In this document: positions 28,746-41,766 of the stretch, piece by piece | Layout of the letters: each line of letters starts with the position of its first letter | How positions within the stretch are numbered: the first letter of the stretch is position 1 | Source: Lingula anatina | Lineage: Eukaryota; Animalia; Brachiopoda | DNA: 64,000 bases | Direction: 5' to 3' | NCBI GenBank assembly: GCA_051362555.1 | Contig: CM120645.1 | Coordinates: forward strand, 8,680,001-8,744,000 | Program-made: the position numbers and the translations under genes | Notes under the pieces: model-generated | The model's database searches: none | What the model saw: only the letters and a program-made list of their open reading frames with translations | Told to the model about the DNA's origin: nothing

Positions 28746-29146
28746 TTAGAAAAAAACTGATGTCCATGAGAAAACTAGTCAGTTTTGATGTAATTAAGTA
28801 AGTGCATGACTGGCAAATATGGTCATATATAAATCGGGTTATCAATTATTGATAATCTTTCAGTTCTGCTTTTTTACAACATGTTGGGAGTAATTGCATT
28901 CCTTTGATAATATGCGGATGTCTGATTGACTGTTTGAAGACTTTTTCATGTGTGGCAGTTAATTTTATTGTAGAAAAGAGAGTTGTTGTGTGACTTTTTT
29001 ATTATTGTTTTTTTATTTTTTTATTTTATTATTATTATTATTTTATTTTTTTTATTTTTTTTTTTTGGTGTCACAAATTAAAATTTGTTACCAAGAAAGG
29101 CACCTTCATCTTGCAGAGAATATATCGATTTTGTTTCTCTGAGACA

Positions 29147-29147
29147 C

Positions 29148-29195
<48 letters not shown>
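29147..29195. repeat. (GA)n microsatellite
   Basis: Directly visible. Confidence 0.9.
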
Positions 29196-29196
<1 letters not shown>

Positions 29197-31654
29197 AATT
29201 ATATTTAGTTATTAAATTCTTATTGTTTCTTAATGAAATTTTTCAAGGAGCATCCTGAGATTATGTACTAGGTGATACATGCACCCATGTATTTTTGAAA
29301 GTTGATAACAGTAATGAATTAAAAACAATAATAATAATTGTTACATTCCGTTACACGTTGGACCAGTCATTTTTATTGCAACAAACTTGCCACATTAGCA
29401 CTCATTATTCATTTGCTATATATATTATGAGGTGGGTGTCAATGAAAGAACCTGAAATTTATGTATATATTACATTGTGGTATTTAAATTTTTTCTTTTT
29501 GTGGATATGTTATTATCTGATGGTGGGTTTAATTTACGTTAAAGGTTGTGAAGAAATATTCCAAACTGCTGTGAAGGTGTTATATTATGTATTATATAAA
29601 TATATTGAAGATGTGTTAACAATCATGAACAGAAAGTGATCAGCCCAACTGCTACATTCATCATTTGTTCTCTTTGTGGCTTTTAAAAGGTCTAAACAGT
29701 CCTTTAGCATCTTTATAGTTTGTTACTTGCAATATGAAGTAATCGGTGTGCTTCAAGCACTTAAAACAGTTATGATCATCACTTCAAAATCTGGCAGAGC
29801 TACATAATGTCCCTATAATAAATAATCATCATCAGTCTTAATTATTCTATTTTTTATGTTGTGAACGTGTTATTTAACTTGTCAGCCTTTGGTGACAATA
29901 GAGGCAATTTTTATCAATATTTTTTAGTCTGCATTTTACTTGTAAGCATTAAAGGAAAAAGACTGGCATCCTATATAATTTATATATAAATGTTGGTTGT
30001 TAGCAATAGGGTGAGCCTCCTGATGTTATCAACTCCTCATTCCTATTAAATGTAACAACACAGATTCACTACTATCATAACTGAACCCACCTTGGGGCTT
30101 TTAATAACTGGTAAATGCTCCAACTTGCATAGCCAGACAACTGATGTTAGATGAAAATATTTGATGGGTTACATTTGTATTGGGCTAGTCAGAATGCTGC
30201 TTTATACGATTAACGCCATCTTAAAAACTAAATAAGATGACTTTTTGGTTAGCATGTAACTTGATAATTTCCACCTCTGTAACAAATGCATCCGATCTGG
30301 AATAAAAACAAACTAGTTTTTATTCATTTTATTTCTCACTTCATGTGTAAATAAAGATTTGCACGAGTTTTAGGAGACTACTCCTAGTTTAGGAAGTCGT
30401 AGCTGGCAGTTTTAACAGTTCCATTTTTGTGTGAATGTTTTCAAGAAAAAGGTTTCAAGCAAGATAACAAAACTAGTGGACATGTTGATATAATTATAAT
30501 AGTAACTTATGAAGACAATTTCAATATAGATATTATTGAAGCAGCTCCTGTAATGAATTACTATGTTCAATAAAAATGCTTTGCATATCCTGTTGATGTC
30601 AAGTTTTCGTAATCACTGATGTATTAAAAGAAAATGTAAAGAAAAGTTTTAAATTAAGAGAAGTCTTCAAATCAATTAGAATTTTTAAATAATTTTATTT
30701 CAATAAAATTATTTTAGATTCTCACTAGTCCACTTCTGATGCTTTACGTATCACCTGTGGTGTATGGTGTAAACTTTCAGAGACAAAGACAAGTTTTATA
30801 GAAGTAGTGTCAACCACTAAAAATTCTGCCCCTTTCCCACACCCCATATCTTGTAAGATCAGGTTACTTCAAGGCTGTTCAAAAAGTATATTTTCTCTGT
30901 CATAACTGTTATGACCAAACAAGCAGCAGCTAGTAAAACCCATGATATTTTACATCATTAATTAAAAGTAAATATAAGTCAATATAAATAATAAATGTAC
31001 TCAAATTGATCTTGAAGGCAATTGGACTGTGTAGTGTGAGACTTCAAAGACTAGACAAAATTCTGTACTTTACTACAACTTCACAGTGCTGTTAATGTAG
31101 ATGGGTAAGTACAGGAAAAGAGGGCAGAACATTGCACCTATATGTCTCTGGGACATAATGCAGTGTGTCCAGCATTCAAAGCATTTTATTTTTCCATCAT
31201 AAATCCCTCAGTCTGTATTTCATAGGTTACAAATTTTTAGCAGGCATCTTTCATTTTTTCCCCTCTATTTCCTTGGGCTCCATTCTTCCCACCATGAACA
31301 ACTAAACTCCTTTTTGAATACGATTTACTTAAATGGTCATTCTATTCACTTGGTTTCTGTCTTTTCACTTGAGATATTTTTTTCAGTTGCTGAGGTCCCC
31401 TTCAATAATGAAGTCGACTAATTTTGCGTTGACATAGACCTGTATCAAGTCTGTAGATTTCTTCAGTGTTTAAAGATGGTCCAGTGTCAGCCAATGGACT
31501 ACTCTTCCTCACTGAAAAAAATCCCTATTTGCTGTCTTTCATAGACTTTCTTTGGGTTGTCCCTTTCTCTCGGCTCCTACTCTCCATTAAAATTAATCCT
31601 CCTTGAAGAAGAACAATTTTTAAAATATTTTTTCACTCTCAAGATGATCCCACA

Positions 31655-34600
31655 TCAATCACTAAGCTCCTCCTCGTCACTGAAGTAGGCATCTTTTTTG
31701 TATTTCTTTTTCTTGGTCTCCCCACTGCCCCCCAGAGAGGCCCCAACACTCAGCCTGTACTGGTACTCTGCCTCCATCTTCTCTTGCTGAAACGACCAAA
31801 TGACCTTGATTGACCAACATGAAATTTCACATTTTATCTGCATTTTTAGATGTTTTTATTTGTGTCTGTTTTATTGATCCTGCTACATGTCATATCACAC
31901 TTCTCTTTCCAAATTCTCTAAATTCTTCTAAATTCTTCTCCTAATAGTGCATATATCTTAAAGTATGCATACATTTAAACTTCCTGTATTGTCATCTTCA
32001 TAAGACATCAATTTAGATAATTCTTTATGTCTAAATTAATTGAAATTATGAGACAAATGATATAAAATTTTATTTCAATCTCATAAAATACCCAGTACAG
32101 GGCAGATAGATCATCTTTATGTGTTTTCCTTACTACACTTACATACCCTACTACTTTTTACATTAAAAAGAGACCCAACAGTTACTGTGTTTTATCAAGA
32201 GAATATAAAAGAGTTTCATCTTAAATGATGCAGGAGGTTATGCTTTTCTAGGCATTAATTTGTCTGTTTGTTAGTGCAAAAGATTTCACATTTCTCCAAA
32301 AATATGTCTACTGAAATTTTTAGGATAGACATTCAGAAGAGAAAGAAGTGATTAAATTCAATTTCAACTGAATTCCGGTCTTAAAAGGTTTTATAATTTC
32401 AACTGAATTCGGGTCTAAAAAGGTTTTATAAGTATTTTTATTGTATTTTTGGCAGAGGTCTGTGCTCGTGGGGTGATCCCTAGTTGTGAACTTTGCCTTT
32501 GTGGCCAATTTTTCAATTGAAACATAAGATCTTACCTGGAATTTAATTGCCGCAGACAAACTGTCTTCTTTAAGGCTAGGGACAGCATCATCTTCATCCT
32601 CCTCCTCATCCCATTCTTCATTGTCCCTATACACATAAAATTGAATGCAATCAGTCCTTTACTGAAGATTTAAGCATTACACAGTAAGTCCTAAGCATGA
32701 ACCATAATTTTGATTTAATAAATGCTAAACACATATTATCAAGGTTACAGTAATACAGTTAATACTACTATTGGTTTGCATGCTGATTGGAATTTTTCCA
32801 ATATTTCATGTAACTACAAATAACAACTCATTAAATGGCCACAGTTATCATACTTACTACATTTCCTCACATATGTTAATAAAAATTCTAGATGAGAGTA
32901 AAATCACTGATCAAATCTAGCTATAATAAATATATAATAATAATTTTTTTCTTCCATAAATGAAGTTCTGGCATTTTCTTAAAGTAGTTTTTTGCCTTTA
33001 CAATATGATCATGATCTTGCTTGCATTACGTTTACAAAATCATCTAATACTTGTAAGCTATACAGTCAACTTTCTTTATGTACACAGGAATGATTACCAC
33101 ACTGTGATCATAAGAGTCAAGGTTAATGTGATTGAAAATCATACTCTGCTTTTCTTTTCTTCTTCTTTTCTTTCTTTTTGGGTGGCTCCCTCTCTCCCAG
33201 CAGATTCTTTGGGCAATTATAGCTGAGGTGCCCAGGCTCCTTATCAATAGAAAAAAATAAATACATAAAAAATAATAAGATTAATTACCGCATCCCTTTT
33301 TCAATAGGTAAATGTGATGCTTGGTAACAAAATGGTCAGTTATAAATGCTTTACAAATAAAAGCTTACATTTCTGAGATTCTTTTCAATCTTGTGTAGTG
33401 TAATATGTGTTAGGAAGTTAAAATTTCCAAACTGAGAACTTTTAACCAACTAGAGGCTGGCAAGCCATTTGGAAAATATATCTTTATCCTGTATTCTAGC
33501 TAATTTAAAAGTAATACAAGCCTGATGAATTCTGAAGACAATTTTGACATAAATTCATTACATGAGAATTACATAATTATATAATTATATTTACCCCACA
33601 CTCATAGCATTTGGATTTGTCTGGATAATCTCTCCTGCGAATGAAATCAGAAGCTCTTCCATTGTCTTTGGCTATACTGCACTTCAGATTTCTTCCAAAC
33701 ATCTGAAAACACAAATGGCGAAACACATATTTTACTTAAGTTCATGGAAGGTGGTATGCTTTCATCTGTTTTTTCTTCCTGTTCATTGTCTCTATCAAGG
33801 CAAAACTGATTTGATTATAGGCAAACAAACACAGACACATAAAAACACACATACATATTTGCAGATTTACCTGTGTATTGTTCAATGCCCTCACTGCTCT
33901 GTGAGCTGCATCCCTATCCAGGTAAAGTACAAAGGCCACACCTTTACTTTTTCTGTCACGGTCTTTCAGAATGGTGACCCTGAAAGTTTTTGCAACACGT
34001 TACTTTTAAGTGCCCAATTTATATATGTTGCAATGTATTACTGCAAAATCCAAATGTAAATCAATTCCATGAAATTTTAATTGTAAACTAGAGGATCAGA
34101 GAGGCGATACCGCCTCCGAATATTGTACCACCAGCTGGAGCAAGCGCATTCATATAGACCCCCACATATACAAAATAAGGAACACAGCCACCAGTCTTGT
34201 GCTTGACAAGCTGTAAAAATGCAATCAACAAGAATTTTCAAAATATGCAAAAAATATATATATTACTAAAAATGGTACAATCAAAGTTCATCGCAAGGTA
34301 GGTCAAAGGTCAATTCCAAGGTCACAGTAAATTGCCAGTATATGACTTCCTATTCAACTTCAATAGTAACTATGGGCCTATCTCTGCCAGGTTTGGAGTT
34401 AAAAGAGAAAGATATTAGCAGAGTTCAGTTCATGATAATAAGTAGGTCAAAGGTCAATTTCAAGGTCACACTTAGATTGCCAGTATATAACTTCCTATTC
34501 ACGTTCAATAGTAACTATGGACCTATCTCTGCCAGTTTTGGAGATAAAGGGGAAGCAAACTATGCAAAATTCAGTTCATGGTGAAAAGTAGGTCAAAGGT

Positions 34601-36806
34601 CAATTTAAAGGTCACATTTAGATTGCCAGTATATGACTTCCTATTCAAGTTCAATAGAAACTATGGACCTATCTCTGCCAGTTTTGGAGATAAAAAGGAA
34701 GCAAAATTTGCAAAGTTCAGTTCATGGTGAAAAGTAGGTCAAAGGTCAATTTTAAGGTCACATTTAGATTGCCAGTATATGACTTCCTATTCAAGTTCAA
34801 TAGAAACTATGGACCTATCTCTGCCAGTTTTGGAGATAAAAGGAAGCAAAATTTGCAAAGTTCAGTTCATGGTGAAAAGTAGGTCAAAGGTCGATTTTAA
34901 GGTCACATTTACATTGCCAGTATATGACTTCCTATTCAACTTCAATAGTAACTATGGACCTATCTCTGCCAGTTTTGGAGATAAAAGGGAAGCAAAATTT
35001 GCAAAGTTCAGTTCATGGTGAAAAGTAGGTCAAAGGTCAATTTTAAGGTCACATTTAGATTGCCAGTATATGACTTCCTATTCAAGTTCAATAGAAACTA
35101 TGGACCTATCTCTGCCAGTTTTGGAGATAAAAAGGAAGCAAAATTTGCAAAGTTCAGTTCATGGTGAAAAGTAGGTCAAAGGTCAATTTTAAGGTCACAT
35201 TTAGATTGCCAGTGTATGACTTCCTATTCAAGTTCAATAGTAACTATGGACCTATCTCTGCCAGTTTTGGAGATATAAGGGACTAAATGTTATAATTTCG
35301 GAGTTACCATAATGTGCCATAAATTTCCTACAAAAAAAATAATTAAAATAAAGAAAAGGTCATTTTGGTCAAAATTCTTGAAATGGGAGGTGCTCTGAAG
35401 TTCCAGATGTTCAAATTTGATGAAATAATGTCATTTTTGACCACAAGTTGTCTGCTTTGCCAAGCCTTATGTTTTATTTTTCCGGAGTTCAAAATTTATT
35501 ATCCATTACCGTACTGCACATTTTGCTTTCACCACCAATATGTACTTTTTGATACAGCGTAACTCGAAAACCATATGGAATACAAAAAAACGGAGACCAC
35601 CTTCAGTGTTGGGCTTTACATGCTCTACAAAATGCAAAAAAGAATGGGTGTCTAGCATTAACGGTTCCCGAATTAGAGACAGTTTTCAGTTTCGATATCT
35701 TATGGCCGCTACTCCCGTGAAAATGCACCGATTGACCCCAAATTCACGGAGATGAAAGATGACCTGAAGGGTAACACTTTCCATTAATATTATTAGTTAA
35801 GTCTGTGTGGTGTCTGAATAAGACCGCAAATAATTTTTTTTTCGGCAAAAATTTTGTTTTTTTGAAAATTTTGGCCCGTTTGACCTTAAAATAAAGGTCA
35901 AAGGTCAAATCCAAGGGCATATTTGAAATCTACACATATGACTTTTGGAAAGCTGTCTGTAGAAATTTTTCCCATAAATCCTTCTGTAGGGGAGATAATT
36001 AGCATTTAATTTTGCCATTTTTGGACAAGGGTGCATTGCAATGAGTGCCACACCTAGACCCCAATACCGACAAAGCCCAAAATTTTACGTGGAACGAGTT
36101 GAGATTATAGGTGACCTAATTCCAAGAGATGGGTATGGAGGCCCTTACCGTCTAGGAGGAGAAGCGGTAACGGTGACTTGGCGGCGGAGCCGCAGGAGCC
36201 GGCGGAGCCGGCGGAACATACGGGTCGGGACTAAAACCATGTGTACCGCCAGCGCCTACGCTGGTGGTACAATTACTTCTTCATCATTTATTGAAATTAT
36301 CATTTCTACTTCTATACTATACATTTAGCATGTCAGCTTCATTAGTGGTTGCTTAATTAGTAATATTATTACAACATAATGCACAAAGAACAAAAGTAAA
36401 TGAAGTGATAGGGTAAGTTTATAACCCTTTCAACATCAGGTGGTAAACTTGTGCGATGCAACAGAGACTCAGAAAACCTAACATGTAATATACGCTTCAT
36501 TTAATTACTGATTTACGCTTCTTGTTTGGGCGGAATTATAATAATTGGCCGTGTTGAGTTCGGGGCTTAATCCATAGACCAGAGGTGGTTTTTTTCTTAA
36601 GTATTGGCCAGATATTTTCTCAAAATGGACCGGTACAGACTGTATACTGCACGATGTGAAAGGAGCCTATATCGCGTAAGGGGGACAACGTACTTCACCA
36701 CTTGTCCGTATTTCTCGAATATCTTGTGAATGTCGTTATTCGTCAAGGAGAAAGGCAGATTGGATGCATAAACTGTGCTCTTGCTTGGCGCTAAGCCCCC
36801 ACTCAT
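31655..36806 (-). CDS. ZCRB1: Zinc finger CCHC-type and RNA-binding motif protein 1 (U11/U12 snRNP 31K), 215 aa; exons 36806-36694, 33979-33871, 33702-33595, 33239-33145, 32626-32536, 31786-31655
   Basis: [26 protein letters not shown]-terminus, RRM ([10 protein letters not shown]), CCHC knuckle [14 protein letters not shown], Lys-rich and acidic tracts, C-terminal [10 protein letters not shown] as in vertebrate ZCRB1. All junctions GT-AG and in phase (648 nt total). Confidence 0.97.
34086..36274 (-). mobile_element. HINE-like element family A, copy 2, in ZCRB1 intron 1
   Basis: Reverse complement of 1043-2884: aactag end, hairpin gaggcg-atac-cgcctc, subTIR gtaccaccagc at about 34125, terminal palindrome gtaccgccagcg-ccta-cgctggtggtac (36243-36270), short gcggagccg repeats at 36181-36215. 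Confidence 0.85.
34297..35283. repeat. About 6.8 copies of a 146-bp tandem unit inside HINE-A copy 2
   Basis: agtaggtcaaagg anchor at about 34297, 34441, 34587, 34733, 34878, 35024 and 35170. Confidence 0.95.
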
Positions 36807-37090
36807 CGTTAAATTGTGAAGAGTTTACGGAATAAACGAAAAAATGGAAATAATTTTATTTTCATGACAACTTCGGTCCTCCATGTTTCTTCTCGCGAGA
36901 TGTTTGGAGACAACATAATTTCGACCAATAGAAATCGAATGTTAATTCTCTTCCCTTAGCAATGCACATGGCCGGTGCATTGGGCACATGTAATAGTAAT
37001 GAAAAGAGATCACATGCCTAGATAAATGATCGTATCGGAATGATGTGAACGAATTGATTTTCCGTGCAGAAAAGTTGAAGTATATTGAAG
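36807..37090. promoter_or_regulatory. Probable bidirectional promoter for ZCRB1 and the FASTK-like gene
   Basis: Head-to-head arrangement, local CpG enrichment, perfect palindrome tctcgcgaga (36891-36900), CCAAT at about 36925 and reverse CCAAT at about 36979. Candidate 5' UTR donor gaag|gtaaca at 37091 and acceptor ttttag| at 37640. Confidence 0.6.
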
Positions 37091-37855
37091 GTAACAAGAA
37101 ACTGACAACAACGCCAAAGAAAGCACTAAGTTGCACTCTGAATGGGCAGGGGGGAGGGGGGGGGGTGAATTACAATTAATGCCAATACTAAATTCACTAG
37201 TTGTTTAACGATCTATGGCATGAGGTAGTCGTGCACAATACACGTTACTAAAACAGAATTTGTTCAAAGGAAAGGTAATCTAACTTGACAAGAAAGCATT
37301 TAAGCTTCTTCTCCCCGTTCGTTATTTGTTGTTATCTTACTTACAAACGCCTGTTTACTGTATTTATAAAGGAACGATCGAGTATCATTACTACATGAAT
37401 TATAAGATTTAATTTTTATAGAAAATAATGGTTAACAAATAAACAAGGGAAAGGGACAGAGAGAATTCCATTGTCTTCAACTTACAATACATACAATAGT
37501 TGGTATCATTGTTTATTGGTTTATAAGCCTTGCTTTACTGTACATGTACTAGTACTGTACATGTATATGCCATAATATAAATGGAATTAAAACCTTTATA
37601 CTGTAATTGTTGATTCATTTATAAAATATATACATTTTAGGAAATCAAGGCAAATTTTATCTTCAAGAGACCTGTTTAATCAGCAAGAAGAGACAATGCT
37701 GCTGAGAAAAAAAGAGGACAGTAGTAGAAAGGTAGTTACTGAAGTGCCCTTGATGTCAGGCATACAACCAAGTTGGGACTTAGTAGTGAAGTTCTAGTCA
37801 CAACTGAGAATTTACAATATAGATGCAGAGAAAGTGAGAGATCATACGTGGTACT

Positions 37856-40800
37856 ATGGCCTTGAAGCATGTAGTGAAAACCACCCTTCTCAGCCTGAAG
37901 CCAAAGTGCAGTGCCATCTACAGTAGAAATTGCAGCTCAAATGGCAGTATTCTATTGGGCGACTGTTTGGGACTAACACGACAAAGTGAAGATCGGTACA
38001 TACAATACAACGCTGACCCCAAGGACAGTTATGTAAGTGACTATGCAAGCCGAGGAGGTGAAGTTATTCCACCTAAGAAAAGGTTTCACTTGCAGAAATT
38101 GCCTGACAGGTTTCGGCAGCACTTGTCTGCTTCTTCAACTAGATTAGTCGAAAAAGAATATAAAGAGTTTCAGCAAGCTGGAAATGTGGACAGGAAAAAT
38201 GTGATGCAATATATGTTTGCTTGCACTGCCATGTACCAGCAGTCCATTAGTGAAAAAGCCAAGTTGCAGCAAGACCAGTTATATGAAGTTGAATTGAAAA
38301 ACATTCTCAATTTTCAAATTTCTGAAGAATTTATAGGTAGCTCCTCTTCATGTGAGGTGAATGATATTTTGTACGTTGGCCAGTATATCAGCAGCACCTT
38401 CCATCCATTTTTTGACAAACTGCAGTATTGGATGAGCCCTTTGTGGCGTCGATGGACTGTAGCAGATCGTTTGCGTCATGCCAAGGAGTGGCTTTTATTA
38501 TCGATGGTCCATGACTGCAGTTACGAAGTGATGACAAAGGAGATAGTGCATTTTTTAAAAAGTCTAATAAAGGCCGATAATTCCTTGAACCTGACGCCAG
38601 TGGAAATTGATCTCTTGTGTGGTACAATAGATGTTCTTTGCCTCAGCAAGTACTCATTGAATGGATTTGTAGCTGATGAGCTGATTGACTTGAGTGCCTC
38701 CTTATTGGCCATTGTAGAGAAAGATCTTTTTCAACAGGGAGATGAACCATGGCCTAACTATAACCTGAACTTATTTTTGAGGGCAAATGTGATGGCAGAG
38801 AGGGTTTTAAACTTTTCTGTCTTGAGTGACATACTGAAGCATATCCAGACACTTGCTAGGGCCAGTAAGTATTTGGATGTGAGTTTGACATGCAATTTTT
38901 TGGACGCTTTGTTTGCACAACGTACCAACATGGAGCAGCACTCTAAGCTGGTGGTCAGTCTGATGTCCACTATTTCCTTGTACATACAGTGTCAGGCAAT
39001 GACCACAGTGGAATTAGTCATTTTAAGTTCTGCAGTGTCCAGGCAAAATTACCTCTGCCTACCTCTACTCAAGAAAGCGGAAGAAGCCTTTCATGACTCA
39101 CAAAGAGTAGCCCACTTGACCAGAAAGCTGCTGAATCCAATGTTGAATGCCAGTATGCGGTCTGGCTGTATCCCAGATGTGCATTGTGTCAAAAAAATCA
39201 CAAAGTTGGTACAGGACCCGAGGTTTATATGTATCTTGAAGCCAAGAAAAAGTGGAAGTGAGCTGCTGAAACTGATTAAGGGCTCATTTGCTTTAGGCAG
39301 TCATGAGATATCGGAGAGCTTGTTGGAGGTATTGACCTTTTATTATTTTAGTTTTAAATTAGTGCTTTGTCATTTTAAAGTATCCCCTCCCCCTTTAGCG
39401 ACATATTAATACACTCTTGGCAAATAAATTAGTCTAGTCAAAGAAGATGCTCTGACCTAAAATAGATTAGTTGCAGTCCAGTTAAATGAAATGTTATGTG
39501 CAGACACATATATTATCTGTACATAAAAGCTGCCACCTGCATCAGATTCTGTTGTTGTCACCATGGACTTTTCAATGCAATATTTGGAAAGACTACATGA
39601 GTTACTGGTATTTTTCACAAACTTGCTTATCAAGTGAATTATGGCACAAAAATACACGTCAGCCAGTTCAAATAGGAGCTTTTATTAAGGTATTTTTCTT
39701 AGAAGTTATTTAATTTTTCTTCACCAATTTTTCATCAGTAATGACCAGTTGGCTCTTCCAAATTGTGGCTTTGAATCATCATGTGCCTGAAGCCCTTGTC
39801 CTTGTCTGACAAACTTGAAAATTTGTCAGACCAAAACAAAAGCCCTCAGACTGAAGCAAAATTATAGAAATACCACAATATTTTCTTTTTATGTTTTCAG
39901 GTGTATTTATTATAATTGTTTTCAATCATAGACAATGTAGCTACATTTCATACACTTTGAAAAAATAATTAAATTTAAAAAAAATTGGAAAAAAACTATT
40001 TGCACAAGAAGTTGTTTATTACCGAGACAAAATTTGTCAAGCATGTCGAACAGTCCGATGCCTTTTGTAAAGTCTGTAAAACATTAGTGTCTTCTATGTA
40101 TGGCTTTGAATTCCCGTCCATGGGCCTGAAGCCATATGCCAGTAAGTTATTTTGAATACTGATGTTACTTTGAAGGCGATCATGCTATTAAGCATGTAAT
40201 ATTGCATCAAAATTTACCAAAAAACTTACACAATAATTAGTTTGTTTATTTAGAACTGCTTTATGTCTGTACATTAAACAGCTTTGCTGTCTTGTTTCTG
40301 TTTTATAACAGTATAGACATTGCTAATATTTTAGACTTAGAATTTTTAAATAGTAAGCATTGTCTTTTCTATGGAGACAGAGTTAAGGGCAGTCAAGAGC
40401 AGTACCAGTCATATAGGAAAACCTAATATTAACTTGATATCGTTGTGTATTTCCCACTTGCAGTTTACCTACTTAAATTTTCTGAAGCAAATTGTTTGTA
40501 ACTTCCATACAGGTGCTGTTTGACCCAGACACGGAGAAGGTTTTGCAGGCTGAGTTCCTGACTTTAACTAAGAGGTCAATATGGAATGCCATGCAACTGT
40601 TGGAAATCTATGGGGCTATTGAGACCATTGGCTTCTTGGATCATTACATTGCGAGAATACCAACAAGCATATTCAAACTGCCAGCAGTGCAATATGCAGT
40701 CAATTATACAAAAACTATGTACCATAGAACGGACTTCAAGTTTCTCTTGCATGTCTTAGAGGGCACTGTAGGCAAGGAGAAGATTAGGACACTTCCCGTG

Positions 40801-41148
40801 CCCTCCATGCGCACTGTCATTTTGGAAATGTGTCTGAATTGCAAGGGGAACTTGATAGACATGAAGCAAGTGCCGCCACTGGTAGACAAAAATGGACGAC
40901 TGAGGAGAGAGCACCCGTCCTCTTCCTCTGTTGTTTGGAGACGGATAGCGGTGAGGCCTCTCCATTACAGGCATTTCTTGATTAACCGATCGCAACTCAA
41001 TGGATGGGAGCAGATGAAGTTGCAATATTTGCGTAACATGGGATACCATGGTATAGTGCTGCCTATCAGATTGTTGGAACAAGCACCTGGAAAGTTAAAC
41101 GAAGCCTTTCGAGGGGCTTTAAACGAGCTGGGCTGGAGTGGAAAGTGA
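37856..41148 (+). CDS. FASTK-family (FAST kinase domain/RAP domain) putative mitochondrial RNA-binding protein, 702 aa; exons 37856-39328 and 40513-41148
   Basis: Two long ORFs joined by a phase-0 GT-AG intron. Basic, Ser-rich N-terminus resembling a mitochondrial presequence, Leu-rich helical middle, and C-terminal RRIAV...FLINRSQLNGWEQMKLQYLRNMGYHGIVLP matching the RAP pattern (G...MK.R.L...GY.V). The specific paralog cannot be assigned. Confidence 0.75.
40100..40297 (+). mobile_element. Degenerate 3' fragment of HINE family B in the FASTK-like intron
   Basis: tgtctgtacat-taa-acagctttgctgt-cttgtt (40265-40296) matches the reverse complement of the family-B end at 47422. ccatgggcctgaag and attgcatcaaaattt match reverse complements of 48110-48245. 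Confidence 0.55.
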
Positions 41149-41178
41149 GGTAGAAGATAAGACCCACACAAGTTGGAT

Positions 41179-41520
41179 AGTCAGAGTAGGCATTCAGAGC
41201 AGGCAATGCATGCCTGGGCGCTGTGTAACTGGAGTTACAGTTAGAGCAGTCACTGCATGCCTGGGTGCTGTGTAACTGGAGTTACAGTCAGAGCAGGCGC
41301 AGCATGCCTGGGTGCTGTGTAACTGGAGTTACAGTCAGAGTAGGCACTGCATGCCTGGGCATTGCGTAACTGGAGTTACAGTCAGAGTAGGCACTGCATG
41401 CCTGGGTGCTGTGTAACTGGAGTTACAGTCAGAGCAGGCACTGCATGCCTGGGTGCTGTGTAACTGGAGTTACAGTCAGAGCAGGCACAGCATGCCTGGG
41501 AGCTGTGTAAATGGGGTTAG
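41179..41520 (+). repeat. 47-bp minisatellite, about 7 copies
   Basis: Unit agtcagagcaggcactgcatgcctgggtgctgtgtaactggagttac. gagttacag recurs at 41232, 41279, 41326, 41373, 41420 and 41467. Confidence 0.95.
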
Positions 41521-41766
41521 GACTGGATCTCTTCAATGGGGAAAATCGATTTTCACAATTTTTTTTTTAAGTCACAAAATTCTTGAAATTAAAACATTCC
41601 CTATATTGAATGATAGCAACAAAATTGAAAAGCATGCTACCCAGTGGTTCTATTCTATACAGTAAAATACCAAGACAAGTAGAATTTTAATTTTTAATCA
41701 TTTCAAAATTATTTATCTGAAAGATTGATCTTTTTTTCCCATTAAAAAGATCCAGGCATTACGGTA
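41521..41766. mobile_element. MITE family C, copy 3 (left end truncated)
   Basis: ggatctcttcaatggggaaaat / tttcccattaaaaagatcc inverted arms ending attacggta. Internal similarity to copies 1 and 2. Confidence 0.6.

Noticed and set aside
31655-36806. U12-type intron or USSE-like autoregulatory element in the minor-spliceosome gene ZCRB1
   Set aside because: The donors are gtacgt, gtaaat, gtaaat, gtatga and gtaaga (U2-type). I saw no tandem RTATCCTT motifs on the sense strand.
41179-41520. CRISPR-like array or iron-responsive elements in the palindromic 47-bp repeat
   Set aside because: The units are contiguous with no unique spacers, there are no cas genes, and the context is eukaryotic. The minus-strand CAGTGC is not closed by a 5-bp stem with a C bulge.
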